The notes beneath the pieces are model-generated. The model saw nothing but the letters and a program-made list of their open reading frames with translations, searched no databases and was not told where the DNA came from. This document shows positions 48,953-59,273 of a DNA stretch of 64,000 nt, in pieces. Source of the DNA: Candidatus Nomurabacteria bacterium GW2011_GWD2_36_14 (GTDB taxonomy: Bacteria > Patescibacteriota > Minisyncoccia > Phycocordibacterales > UBA9973); the NCBI GenBank assembly GCA_000991405.1, contig LBRL01000001.1:456466-520465 (forward strand), given 5' to 3'. The translations under genes were made by a program, and so were the position numbers. Every line of letters begins with the position of its first letter. The stretch's first letter is position 1.

Positions 48953-51445
48953 CTAATTTTCTATATATATCGGATCTATATTCCCTACTTTAATTTCAGG
49001 GCATAGGAAAGGAAGAGAATCTATTCCCCCCTTACTACAAACTATACTATATCTTACTGTCTTTGCAGGCCAAAGAGTCTTGTTTCCTGATGAAGAACCC
49101 GTCCCTCCCAATAAATCTGTAGTAGAGCTACCAGCATACATCTCACAAGATGTAGCATCTGTCGAAGTCCAAGCTACATTCACAGAATCACCTGAATTTA
49201 TCTTAGTATTATTTGGAGTACAAGAAGTAACAACCGGCGAAGTTGATACTACTGGTGGAGTTGTAAATTGTTTAATTAATCCCCAACCATGACCCAAAGA
49301 ATTTGCGGCGAAAGCCCGAACATTATAAGTAGTGTTAGGTAATAATAAAGAATAGTTACTAGCAAAATTTCCCATACCTGCACCATCTATTTTTCTAAGC
49401 ATAAGGTTCTCAGGGTCATTAGGTGCTACATCCCAAGCTACTCCTCTTACAAGGACTGACAGTCCTCCACTATTTGTAACATTACCCCCCAGTATTGCAC
49501 TAGTTGAAGTTACACTTGTAGGAACTGAAGTTGTAACTGTTGGAACGGTATTGAATCCACTACATGCACTTGCTACTGTTCCAGACACTAAAGATGATGA
49601 AGCAGAATCCCCTGAAGCATTAGTGGCTTTAACTGTGTATGAATGAGTTGAATCAAGAGCAAGACCATCATCAGACCCACGACATGTACCATCTGAACAA
49701 TTATTGTAAGACGCTAGAGTAGAAGCCATTATAGGAGTTGCACTTCCATCTTTATAAACTTTATAATTTGTTGCACCTGTTGATGGTGTCCAGGCTAGGT
49801 TCAACCAAGAATTATTACAAGCACTGGGTGATACAGTAAGGTTTGTTGGGGTGGGTGGTGGGGTACAACCTGATACTAGTTTTGAAATTGTTGCAGTCCC
49901 AGAAGTTCCATTTGGTCCCATCGCTGTAAGATTATACGTATAAGTATTCCCTACAGTAAGTCCAGAATCTACAAAAGAATTTGCTGGGCCTGTATATCTA
50001 GGAGCACCAACACCAACTCTAAACAATTGATAAGTAGTAGCGGTTGGAACAAGATCCCATGATAAAGATAAGGACGTACTTCCACAAGCACTTTGAACTG
50101 CTTGAAAGTTTGTAGGAGTAGCAGTCTGATTAGATACAATCACATCAGTCCAAGAACTACAGTTATCATTTTCATTGGCAACTGATCCTTCGTTGATAGT
50201 TCCACTGTTTCCAGAAGAACTTTTGTCTGCACAAGCTCGTACTGAATATGTTCCTGCTGTTATAAATTTATGAGTAGTTTGAGCAACTGTAGCTGGACCT
50301 GTCCCACCGACAGCAAGTGCTGTCATAGAAGAAGAAGGCTTATCAGTTATAGTAGAAGTAGCAGGACAAATTCCTGCCTGAGAAGCAGTAGAACATATTT
50401 GGAAAAAATTGTTAAAACTTGCACCAGTTGAAGCTGTACCCTCATTTGAGATTGTAGAAGAGAATGTTGTGTCAACATTCAACATTGCCCAATTTGGAGT
50501 TGGAGCAGAAGCCTTAAGATTAGGATAAGGAGTTGCTAGTGTTTTGAAAGTTCCATTAGAAGATACTGATCCATTAGTAGAATAAGTGAGTCCTTTATCA
50601 TTCTCAGCTTTTCCACGGAAATAATAAGTAGTATTGGGAGTTAGTCCTGTAGCATCAAAGAAGAAAGTGCCCATGCCTGTGCCCGCTGAATAACAACTTG
50701 TAGAATTAAGTGCAAGTCCATAACAAATAGATCTGGAAACAGGAGGGTCATTGCCATCTGAAGTAACATTAGCAGATAGTCTTGCAGAAGTAGATGTAAT
50801 GTTAGTAGCTGGCTCTATAAGGAGTATAGAAGGAGGAAATGTACCTGCATTAAACGTTACAATACAAGTCTTACTTGAATCCATAGTTACTTGGCCATTA
50901 GCACAATTAGCTGACCAACTACTAAATGCATAACCTGAACCAGCAGACTGGGCAAGAGTAACTGAAGTTCCTGAAGGATATGATCCTGTACAATCAGCTC
51001 CACACGAGATAGCCCCAACAGTAGGAATATCAGATGTCACCGTCCCCGTCCCTACCTTAGTTATAGTGAGAGTATAATTAGTTGCTGCACCAAACGTTGC
51101 GGTACAATTTTTATTGGCATTATTATTGGCACTCATGGTAACAGTACCAAGTGACCCACAGTCTCCACCCCAGACTACTGTAGGTGAATTAGCTGTTATA
51201 GAAACTGCTCCTGTATTTAGAGGATATGTCTCGGTACAAGTAAGGGTTCCAGCTCCACAAACCTTACCAGTATCAAAAGTTATTATCCCAGTATTAGCCC
51301 CTGCCCCCAACTTTGTAACAGTAAGAATAGGATTTGGAGTCACGGTTACTGTTACCTTACTTCCTCCGTTTGTAGCACTAACAGAAGAAATACCTGTGAT
51401 GAAAAATGCAAGGAGAATAAATAAAAATATTTTTATGGTTTTCAT
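48953..51445 (-). CDS. Large secreted Thr/Ser/Cys-rich surface protein (InlB B-repeat-like, Fn3-like, CARDB-like domains)
   Basis: Signal peptide; repeats LT.TK.G.GTVT...C...SW...C...V.M....C..TF; Fn3-like GLTPNTTYYFR / LTVGNTYTY / LLPNTTYNVRAFA; CARDB-like TFSSTISNEG...YSVRACAD...E.NENDN. Confidence 0.8.
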   Translation of the reverse strand: MKTIKIFLFILLAFFITGISSVSATNGGSKVTVTVTPNPILTVTKLGAGANTGIITFDTGKVCGAGTLTCTETYPLNTGAVSITANSPTVVWGGDCGSLGTVTMSANNNANKNCTATFGAATNYTLTITKVGTGTVTSDIPTVGAISCGADCTGSYPSGTSVTLAQSAGSGYAFSSWSANCANGQVTMDSSKTCIVTFNAGTFPPSILLIEPATNITSTSARLSANVTSDGNDPPVSRSICYGLALNSTSCYSAGTGMGTFFFDATGLTPNTTYYFRGKAENDKGLTYSTNGSVSSNGTFKTLATPYPNLKASAPTPNWAMLNVDTTFSSTISNEGTASTGASFNNFFQICSTASQAGICPATSTITDKPSSSMTALAVGGTGPATVAQTTHKFITAGTYSVRACADKSSSGNSGTINEGSVANENDNCSSWTDVIVSNQTATPTNFQAVQSACGSTSLSLSWDLVPTATTYQLFRVGVGAPRYTGPANSFVDSGLTVGNTYTYNLTAMGPNGTSGTATISKLVSGCTPPPTPTNLTVSPSACNNSWLNLAWTPSTGATNYKVYKDGSATPIMASTLASYNNCSDGTCRGSDDGLALDSTHSYTVKATNASGDSASSSLVSGTVASACSGFNTVPTVTTSVPTSVTSTSAILGGNVTNSGGLSVLVRGVAWDVAPNDPENLMLRKIDGAGMGNFASNYSLLLPNTTYNVRAFAANSLGHGWGLIKQFTTPPVVSTSPVVTSCTPNNTKINSGDSVNVAWTSTDATSCEMYAGSSTTDLLGGTGSSSGNKTLWPAKTVRYSIVCSKGGIDSLPFLCPEIKVGNIDPIYIEN

Positions 51446-51721
51446 ATACAAATTATAAAATAATGCTAAGCATTAATTAATTGATAAAAATACAAACTGT
51501 TTGATGTAAATTACTCCCCAAATTATACCACATAACACTTTATTTATGAACATAGCGTTTAATCCTCCAAAGCAAATATGCATTTAAAGCGTTTCAAATC
51601 TAAAAGTTGAACTAGAAATCCCAAAAAGTTATCCACAACATTATAATTTGTGATCCTCAAAATCAACTCCTGATAAAAAATAATGGTGGTTGTCCCCCCA
51701 TTTCCCTTTTCCATTATTAAA

Positions 51722-51913
51722 TCATTGAGTATTGTTTTTTTTAATATTTTTAAGATTTATTAGAGCAGAAATCATAAATGCCATTCCTGCTATAACACCC
51801 AAATATCTACCTAAACTATCTTCCCCTGTTAAAACCAAAGATACATTAATTACTATCATCAGAATACCACCAACCAAAACTAAAGTGTAGATATTTTTCT
51901 TTTTATTATCCAT
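51722..51913 (-). CDS. Small two-TM membrane protein
   Basis: MDNKKK start, two hydrophobic helices. Confidence 0.55.
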   Translation of the reverse strand: MDNKKKNIYTLVLVGGILMIVINVSLVLTGEDSLGRYLGVIAGMAFMISALINLKNIKKNNTQ

Positions 51914-52182
51914 ATATAAAAAATTAATTATTATACTAGTATTATACACCAGTAAAATAAAAAATTCTAGAAACAATGGTGGCTGACCCCAATTATCTTG
52001 ATAAATTTATTTTTAAAATAGGGTACAAATGGATCTATGTATAGGGGGAAATTTAAGCTGTTTTTAGCTCGCTAAATTATTAGTGGATTACCAATTGGTA
52101 ATCCACTTTTTGTTTTAAAAATAAGTATTGCTTAGTTATATATTAGTAGTAAAAAAACCACAATTAATCAATAATTGTGGTT

Positions 52183-52665
52183 TTAATCTTTAAGAACAAG
52201 TAAGCTTCTTTCAATCAATAGCTTCATGACATCTTTTTCCCAGTTATATTTGGAAATAAATTCTGGTATAGTCATAAGTTTTCTTTCAAAAGAATCCGAC
52301 TTGGGAACAAATTCATCTAGTACGCAATCCTTTGAAGCATAGAAAAGCATTACTTTATCTTTTCCTTCAAATTGAATTGTGGCGTAAGGCTTAGCATTAC
52401 CAATAATGGTATTTGACTCTTCATAAGTTTCTCTTTTAAGAGCATCTAGTAAACTAGGGTCTGTTTTATTAACGTGACCACCTGGTATATCCCAACCTCT
52501 TTCATTTCTTGCTGTAATTATTTGACCGTCAAAATATCCAACGAGAAATACAGCACTAACATTCTCAGGGTCTGGTAAAGAATTTTCATCAATGAAAAGA
52601 ATTTTCACATTTTTTACTAATACCTTCTCTTCCTTAATTATTACTTCGTTTCCATTTGAAATCAT
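52183..52665 (-). CDS. NUDIX hydrolase
   Basis: WDIPGGHV...ALKRETYEES. Confidence 0.85.
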   Translation of the reverse strand: MISNGNEVIIKEEKVLVKNVKILFIDENSLPDPENVSAVFLVGYFDGQIITARNERGWDIPGGHVNKTDPSLLDALKRETYEESNTIIGNAKPYATIQFEGKDKVMLFYASKDCVLDEFVPKSDSFERKLMTIPEFISKYNWEKDVMKLLIERSLLVLKD

Positions 52666-52760
52666 ATGTACAATAATACCATCTTTTAGAGAAATTAATA
52701 AAAATCTATTATCTATTGCTATCTATCCTTTATTTAAATTATCAATTATAATAAAACTAT

Positions 52761-54512
52761 ATGGAAAAAGAAAACAAAATCTGCCAAAATTGTAAAAAAG
52801 ACTTTACAATCGAATCAGAGGATTTTATATTTTACGATAAAATAAAAGTTCCAGTACCAACTTTTTGTCCAGAATGTAGATCTATTCGTCGATTATTATG
52901 GAGAAATGAACACACACTATATAGAAGAATATGTAATTTATGTCAAAAACAAATTATATCTATTTACTCACAAGAATACCCTGGGTTGGTCTACTGTAAC
53001 AAATGCTTGCATTCTGATAAATGGGATTCTAATAATCAAAAAGAATATGATTTTTCGATACCATTCTTTATCCAATTTAAAGAATTAATAAACTCCACAC
53101 CACTATTAGCATTAAATATTTTTAATTCTGAAAATTGTCAATACAATAATCATATGAGTAATTGTAAGGACTGTTATTTATGTTTTCGAGTTCATAATTC
53201 CAAGAATATGCTCTATACTTATCGCGCAAAACCATGTAACGATTGCACAGACTGCATGGGGGTATTTAATTCTAGTTGGCTTTATTCATGTATTGAGTGC
53301 ATAGATTCAAATAATTCTAAATATTTAGAATTTTGTAGTGGATGTATTGAATCTTTGTTTTTGTATGACTGCCGAAATTGTATGTCTTGCTATATGTGCT
53401 CAAATTTACGTAATAAACAATACTGCTTTATGAATGAGCAATTAACCAAAGAAGAATACCTAAAAAGAATAAGTGAAATTGATTTTGGGTCACGAAACAC
53501 TACAAACAAACTCTTTTTGAAATTTGAAAATATAAAAGCAAATGCGATAAGAAAATATGCGCTGATAACCAATTCAAGTAACGTTACAGGGGACAACATT
53601 AGAAATTCTGAAAACTGCTATCAATGCTTCGATGTTGCTGATATTAAAAATGGAGCATATTTACTTGAAGTATTACACTCATCTCGAGATTCATATGATG
53701 CAATCGGAGGTGGAATGAATGAGCTAGTGTATGAATTTGGTGGAGTCTCTTGTAATAATGCTAAGTTCTGTTTAGATGTCTCTGAGTCAAGAAACATTGA
53801 ATATTGCCAATACAGTGAAAATAATCATGATTTATTTGGTTGTGTAGGATTAAAACATAAAGAATACTGTATTTTAAACAAGCAATACACAAAAGAAGAA
53901 TACGAATTACTTCTCCCAAAAATAATTAATCATATGAATAATATGCCTTATATCTCAAAAGATAATGTTATATATAAATATGGTGAATTTTTCCCAGAAG
54001 AATTATCCCCATTTGCATACAATGAATCATATGCACAAAATTTTTTCCCTTTAACTAAGAAACAAGCATTCGATACAAAAACAGGTTGGCACGAACAAGA
54101 AAAAAGAAACTATCCATTAACAATTGACTCTTCCAATTTAGAAGATAATATTTCCAATGTTACTAAAAATATTTTGGAAGAAACAATTGGTTGCGATCAT
54201 AGAGGGGAATGTCAAGAAAACAATAGTGAATGTAAAGCAATCTGTATTTCTGCTTTTAAAATAACTCCTGAAGAACTTCAATTCTATAAAAAAATGAACA
54301 TACCATTGCCAACATTATGCCCTAATTGTAGACAACACAAAAGACTATTGCAAAAAAACCCCATAAAGCTATGGCACCGTCAGTGTATGTGCAGTACAAA
54401 ACACACTCATCATAAGGATGAACGCTGTGACATAAAATTCGAAACTATATATTCTCCAGATAAATCAGAAATAGTCTATTGTTCAAAATGTTATCAACAG
54501 GAAATATATTAA
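52761..54512 (+). CDS. Cys-rich zinc-ribbon/beta-solenoid protein (CPR-typical), paralog 2
   Basis: Same architecture as 31249-32946 (CQNC, CPECR, YGEFFP, CPNCR, IVYC.KCYQQEIY). Confidence 0.8.
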   Translation: MEKENKICQNCKKDFTIESEDFIFYDKIKVPVPTFCPECRSIRRLLWRNEHTLYRRICNLCQKQIISIYSQEYPGLVYCNKCLHSDKWDSNNQKEYDFSIPFFIQFKELINSTPLLALNIFNSENCQYNNHMSNCKDCYLCFRVHNSKNMLYTYRAKPCNDCTDCMGVFNSSWLYSCIECIDSNNSKYLEFCSGCIESLFLYDCRNCMSCYMCSNLRNKQYCFMNEQLTKEEYLKRISEIDFGSRNTTNKLFLKFENIKANAIRKYALITNSSNVTGDNIRNSENCYQCFDVADIKNGAYLLEVLHSSRDSYDAIGGGMNELVYEFGGVSCNNAKFCLDVSESRNIEYCQYSENNHDLFGCVGLKHKEYCILNKQYTKEEYELLLPKIINHMNNMPYISKDNVIYKYGEFFPEELSPFAYNESYAQNFFPLTKKQAFDTKTGWHEQEKRNYPLTIDSSNLEDNISNVTKNILEETIGCDHRGECQENNSECKAICISAFKITPEELQFYKKMNIPLPTLCPNCRQHKRLLQKNPIKLWHRQCMCSTKHTHHKDERCDIKFETIYSPDKSEIVYCSKCYQQEIY

Positions 54513-54522
54513 AAACTTATCA

Positions 54523-55440
54523 TTAAGATAACGCTACATAGTTCAGCCAAGATAAGTATCTCTCGTCTTCTCCATGGACTGCATGCTGATAGGCTAATTT
54601 AATTTCTTTTACTATTGGACCTTCTTCTTTATTATTTAAAATATATTCATTGATTTTTGATATTGCATTTACTTCAGATGCAGTACCAGTAAAAAATGCT
54701 TCAGTAAATGTGGGTATTTCATCTATGGAAATATTTTTTTCAATTACTTCATAACCAAGATCGTTTGCGATACGCATTATACTTGCACGAGTAAAACCAG
54801 AAAGAATAGCATTCTCATTTGGGGTGTATAAAACTTTATCTTTCACAAAGAAAATATTTTCACCAGCACCCTCAGCAATATACCCATTTTCATCAAGAAA
54901 TAATGCCTTTTCAAAACCATCTCTTTTAGCATCCAACAGGGCCAAAATAGAATTGGCATAATTACCTGATATTTTTGCAGTCATATCGCTCAAATTAGAA
55001 CTCATTCTAATATATGGCGATACTTTGACAGTAACTGTTTCTCTGGGAAGATATTTCCCCCATTGCCATGTTGCTATAGCAAAATGAATCGGGGTATCAT
55101 CAGTCGGCAAAAGATCCATTTTTTCTCCATAAAATATAATTGGTCGTATGTAGCATTCATTATAATTATTTTGTTTTATTAAATTAATTATCGCAATCAT
55201 TATATCGTTTTCTGAATATGGAATGGTCATTCCCATTATTTTGGCAGAATGAAATAAATGATGTATATGATCTTTCAGACGAAAAACTGCGGGCCCTTTT
55301 GGAGTAAAATAACAACGAATCCCCTCAAAAACACCAGAACCATAGAATAGGCTGTGTGTTAACAATGGAATTCGAGCATCAGCGAGATCCATTACTTTTC
55401 CATCAAACCATATTTTTTTAGACAATGTTTCTGCTTTCAT
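54523..55440 (-). CDS. ilvE: Branched-chain amino acid aminotransferase family (PLP fold IV)
   Basis: YGSGVFEGIR, YIRP, AKISGNY, EGAGENIF, LSGFTR, FTGTASE; start MKAETL. Confidence 0.88.
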   Translation of the reverse strand: MKAETLSKKIWFDGKVMDLADARIPLLTHSLFYGSGVFEGIRCYFTPKGPAVFRLKDHIHHLFHSAKIMGMTIPYSENDIMIAIINLIKQNNYNECYIRPIIFYGEKMDLLPTDDTPIHFAIATWQWGKYLPRETVTVKVSPYIRMSSNLSDMTAKISGNYANSILALLDAKRDGFEKALFLDENGYIAEGAGENIFFVKDKVLYTPNENAILSGFTRASIMRIANDLGYEVIEKNISIDEIPTFTEAFFTGTASEVNAISKINEYILNNKEEGPIVKEIKLAYQHAVHGEDERYLSWLNYVALS

Positions 55441-55465
55441 ATATTTATTAATTAAAAATAAAATA

Positions 55466-56707
55466 TTAGATATTAACCTGATAACCATCAGTATTACCTT
55501 GATGAAGCTTGGGATATGCTAGAGAATAAAGTTCCGCTGATTCTTTCTTTGTCAGTGTTTTATCAGGGTGTCTAAGAATAATACGAACAAGCACATTATC
55601 TTGACCTTCTTTTGCTCCAAGTCTTTCCTTTGCAATTGGTTGCAACTTATCATAAGAAGTTCTTTCTAGTATCTTAACCTCTTCTAATAAATCCGCCTTT
55701 TCTCCAAAGACATTTTTTATAGCTTCACATATATCTTCCTCGGAGTCATTTTTATTAACACAATATGACATATCACGTGCTATTGCTGGCTGATTAGAGA
55801 CATTTTCAAACTTTCTCATATTAGTCATTTGTTTGATAACACGAGGATCTGTAGAACGTATTAGTCTAATGTCTGGTAAATTTTTCCGAGCCATAATCAA
55901 TCTCTCAACGCCCATACCAAGAGCAAGTCCAGAATATTGATCTGGATCAATACCAGAATTCCTTAATACGTCTGGATGAGCAAGACCTGCTTCTAAAACT
56001 TCTATTTCTTTCCCATCAACTTTTGCATAAACTTCAATGCCGTCAATAGTATAAGGGTGCTTTGCTTCATAAACAATCATTTCAGCTTCTGGACAAGCTG
56101 CCTCAAAAACAGTATTAGCTAAATCTAATAAATCTTTTCTCGTAACTTTTCCATATTTTTTACTATCTTGAAGCGTCCAAACATCAATTTGATGAAAAAC
56201 ATCCAAATGTTTAGGGTCAATAACATCACGCCTATACACTAAACCTGGAAGAACAAAGGTTGAACGATCTATATTTTTTTGTAATTTTTCAAATGTTGAT
56301 GGAATTAAAGCAGACGTATGCGTTCTAAGAACATGATTACCATCTACATATCTTGTATAAGTTGAGGAACGCCCAGGATTTCCAGGAGAGAATAACAGGC
56401 TATCAAAATTATCTTTTGCATCAACTTTAGGATCTGATCTCACAACATGAATATCTGGAAAGTGATACTTATTTAACTTTTCAATAACTTGATCATATAT
56501 TCTACCAATAATATTTCTTTCTTGGCCTTCTTCTGTTGGTAAAGTTAAATCTTTAATAGAAAGAAGTTTTTCGATCGTTTCAGGAGAGGAAATTTCAAAC
56601 TTGAGTTGCATAGGTAGCTCTGGATTTTCTTTTGAAATTTCTGTCTTCGCTCTTTCAAGTGCGCTAATATAAGGAGTTTTTTCAGACTTATCTTGATATT
56701 TTTCCAT
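55466..56707 (-). CDS. Monomeric PheRS-alpha-like ligase with FDX-ACB domain, copy 1
   Basis: NFDSL, LRTHTS, motif 2 YRRDVIDPKH...FHQ, motif 3 GLALGMGVERL, DIR, C-terminal RDMS...RH...TLT..E; start MEKYQ. Confidence 0.85.
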   Translation of the reverse strand: MEKYQDKSEKTPYISALERAKTEISKENPELPMQLKFEISSPETIEKLLSIKDLTLPTEEGQERNIIGRIYDQVIEKLNKYHFPDIHVVRSDPKVDAKDNFDSLLFSPGNPGRSSTYTRYVDGNHVLRTHTSALIPSTFEKLQKNIDRSTFVLPGLVYRRDVIDPKHLDVFHQIDVWTLQDSKKYGKVTRKDLLDLANTVFEAACPEAEMIVYEAKHPYTIDGIEVYAKVDGKEIEVLEAGLAHPDVLRNSGIDPDQYSGLALGMGVERLIMARKNLPDIRLIRSTDPRVIKQMTNMRKFENVSNQPAIARDMSYCVNKNDSEEDICEAIKNVFGEKADLLEEVKILERTSYDKLQPIAKERLGAKEGQDNVLVRIILRHPDKTLTKKESAELYSLAYPKLHQGNTDGYQVNI

Positions 56708-56774
56708 ATTTATATAATACCACACATATTCATTGTTGCAAATACTTCTATTATAGATTATATTTATAAATATT

Positions 56775-57833
56775 ATGGATAAAAAAATTTATAAAGAAGT
56801 TTTAAGTGAAGTAGAGAAAATAAATTCTCCATTTGTTTCTAAGCAAGGAGAAAATATATACATAATAACAGGAGATCTTTTTAATAAAGTTATAAAATTT
56901 TTTCCACCCCATCTCAAAGATAAAACAGCATCAGTTCCACTTTCAAGTTTGTATTCTGTTTTTTTTCATAAACAAACTAACGGATTAGTTGTAGTCAACA
57001 AGGGCGCTTCCCTACTATCGAGAAGTGTTCTGAGTGGAAGATATATGGTTATACGTCATATAGGATTTGTAGTATATCTCCCTAACCAAGGAATAGAAAT
57101 TATTGATGTTGGGGTTGCAGGTAATTTACATAAAAGTAAATTTACCATCTTGCGACCAGAATCAGCATGCTCACCAGGCTTTATGTTTGGATCACAACGT
57201 TGTAATTGTTACGATCAATGGACATTGTCAAAAGAATTAGCACACGAATATAATTTAATTACAAAGCCGAACCTATCTTCAGTTGAACTTGAAAAATTTC
57301 TAACTTCTGAAATGTTTTTAGATGAGAATAATAATCTAACATCAAAATCAGATGGGCAAGCATTTATAATGGCACACTTTACATCACAAAACGGAATGGG
57401 TAGTGGTGTCATAGAAAATAGTTTCGTTCCTGACTTAACCGCAAATGCTTTTATTCGACATAGAGGTGAATATTCTGCTGAACAAATTCATAAAGTATCA
57501 GTTGCGGGAGGATTTGAATCACTAGGAATAAAACCCGACCCAAGAAAATTAAATAGCGGACTTTCTTTTAGATTAATATCTACTGTTCTTGATTATCTTA
57601 ATGCCCCTAAAAAAATTGTTGCCTTAACAAATAATACTGATAAAATAAATGCCTTAAATAATTCTGGTTATGAAGTTCAAAGACTTCAATTGGTTGCTAG
57701 GGCTGGAGATGGATGCGAAATAGAAATAGATGATCGACGAAACGAATTCGGACATTTAATCCCTGAAAACATATGTGTCTCTTGGGAAGAAGAGCTTGTT
57801 AGGCTAAAGAGTGAAATAAATTCATTATTATAA
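56775..57833 (+). CDS. GTP cyclohydrolase II (RibA)-like protein with N-terminal extension
   Basis: RPESACSPGFMFGSQRCNC (Zn Cys triad), DPR, LTNNTDKINAL, FGH. Confidence 0.75.
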   Translation: MDKKIYKEVLSEVEKINSPFVSKQGENIYIITGDLFNKVIKFFPPHLKDKTASVPLSSLYSVFFHKQTNGLVVVNKGASLLSRSVLSGRYMVIRHIGFVVYLPNQGIEIIDVGVAGNLHKSKFTILRPESACSPGFMFGSQRCNCYDQWTLSKELAHEYNLITKPNLSSVELEKFLTSEMFLDENNNLTSKSDGQAFIMAHFTSQNGMGSGVIENSFVPDLTANAFIRHRGEYSAEQIHKVSVAGGFESLGIKPDPRKLNSGLSFRLISTVLDYLNAPKKIVALTNNTDKINALNNSGYEVQRLQLVARAGDGCEIEIDDRRNEFGHLIPENICVSWEEELVRLKSEINSLL

Positions 57834-57844
57834 TAATAAATTAT

Positions 57845-59233
57845 ATGAAAAAAAAAGTTAATATTGCAATTATTGGTGGTTCGGGGTACTGGTCCGACAG
57901 AAATCATAATAAAAATATACTGGAATTAAAAGATGAACTTACAATTCAACTTACCGCAATTGTTGATCCTATCGACCCTAGAACTGTCAATATTAATAAT
58001 AATACAATAAAACTTTGTACTATCGATAATACCGTATGGATAAACCCTAAAGATTTTAAAAATACAGATGAAATTATTAAAAATCTTAAAGAAAAACTAG
58101 ATGTTAATCTTGTAATTATCGCATCAAACCCTTGCGCACATTTTGAATATGGTATTAGTTGCTTGAAATATGGAATAAATGTCATATGTGATAAACCAAT
58201 AATTAGCAACTATAATGCCTCAACAAGTATAGCTGCCGCTTCCCATATCCGAGAACAATATAATGAACTTCTTGAAGCTTATTATAGAGCTAGAAGACAA
58301 TATCCGAATTTAATGTTCCATTCGATTTTGAGAAGACGATCACTTGAGTCATTTACAAAAGTGGCTAACGAATTAAATAAGGTATACAAAAAAACAAAAG
58401 CCGGAATAAACAATATGACTATGTTGATTAATGGTGGAGTATGTAAACTACCAGCAGAGTTAAGTAACCCAGGGGCTCACGGATATCTTGATGGAGTAGG
58501 ATCACTATCTCATTCCGCATATCACTACATTGATGCTATAGCTTGGTTTGTTTCTATGGCACCAGGAAAAACAGTTGAAATTGTTCCAAAACTTAATTAC
58601 ATAACTAGGATTAATGACTATTTAGATTCTGAAACTTATACAAGTATTGTAAGTATTATAAATGCTAGTCAAGACTCTTTATTAAAACCAAAGCTTTCAA
58701 AAGAAACATTGGGGTGTGAACTTAATGTAGGGTTTACATTTATTATGAACAATAAAGAAAATATTCAGGTTGGTATAATATCTCTTCTTTTCAATCATAT
58801 AAGTTTTACCACCAGAATTAATAATTATGATAAATCAGTTCGAGAGCCAGGAGACCACAAAGGTGGAGGAAGAATGTCTCAGTCTTTTATTGATGTTCAC
58901 CAAGAAGGTTTACAAAACTGGCAGATAATGAAAAACAATGTGGCATTAGGTGATAACACAATTTTACTCCAAGGAAGAAGACACCCATCCATAGAGGGAG
59001 TTGGTTTTGAATGTAAAAATTACGAAAATGCATACGATACTGGTATCAGTATGAAGGAATTATTAGCACATGCAATTAAATACATAGCGGAAGAAAAAGA
59101 TTTAATTGGTCATTCTGTAATAAGAGAACTCCCAGAAGAAAGACTAGCTATTGATATTTACACCTCTTGTTATGAATTAATTGCCAGAGAATACAATAGC
59201 GAGCCTCTTCAAGTCCCAGGAATAAAAATATAA
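57845..59233 (+). CDS. Gfo/Idh/MocA-family NAD(P)-dependent oxidoreductase
   Basis: IAIIGGSG, AIVDP, IIASNP..H, VICDKP, RR, HSAYHYID. Confidence 0.82.
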   Translation: MKKKVNIAIIGGSGYWSDRNHNKNILELKDELTIQLTAIVDPIDPRTVNINNNTIKLCTIDNTVWINPKDFKNTDEIIKNLKEKLDVNLVIIASNPCAHFEYGISCLKYGINVICDKPIISNYNASTSIAAASHIREQYNELLEAYYRARRQYPNLMFHSILRRRSLESFTKVANELNKVYKKTKAGINNMTMLINGGVCKLPAELSNPGAHGYLDGVGSLSHSAYHYIDAIAWFVSMAPGKTVEIVPKLNYITRINDYLDSETYTSIVSIINASQDSLLKPKLSKETLGCELNVGFTFIMNNKENIQVGIISLLFNHISFTTRINNYDKSVREPGDHKGGGRMSQSFIDVHQEGLQNWQIMKNNVALGDNTILLQGRRHPSIEGVGFECKNYENAYDTGISMKELLAHAIKYIAEEKDLIGHSVIRELPEERLAIDIYTSCYELIAREYNSEPLQVPGIKI

Positions 59234-59273
59234 TCAATGAATAAATAGGTAATTTAAATATATTAATTTAAAC

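Noticed and set aside
34491-51458. Numerous plus-strand ORFs opposite secY, ribosomal protein genes, tuf and the surface protein
   Set aside because: Antisense shadows of well-supported minus-strand genes
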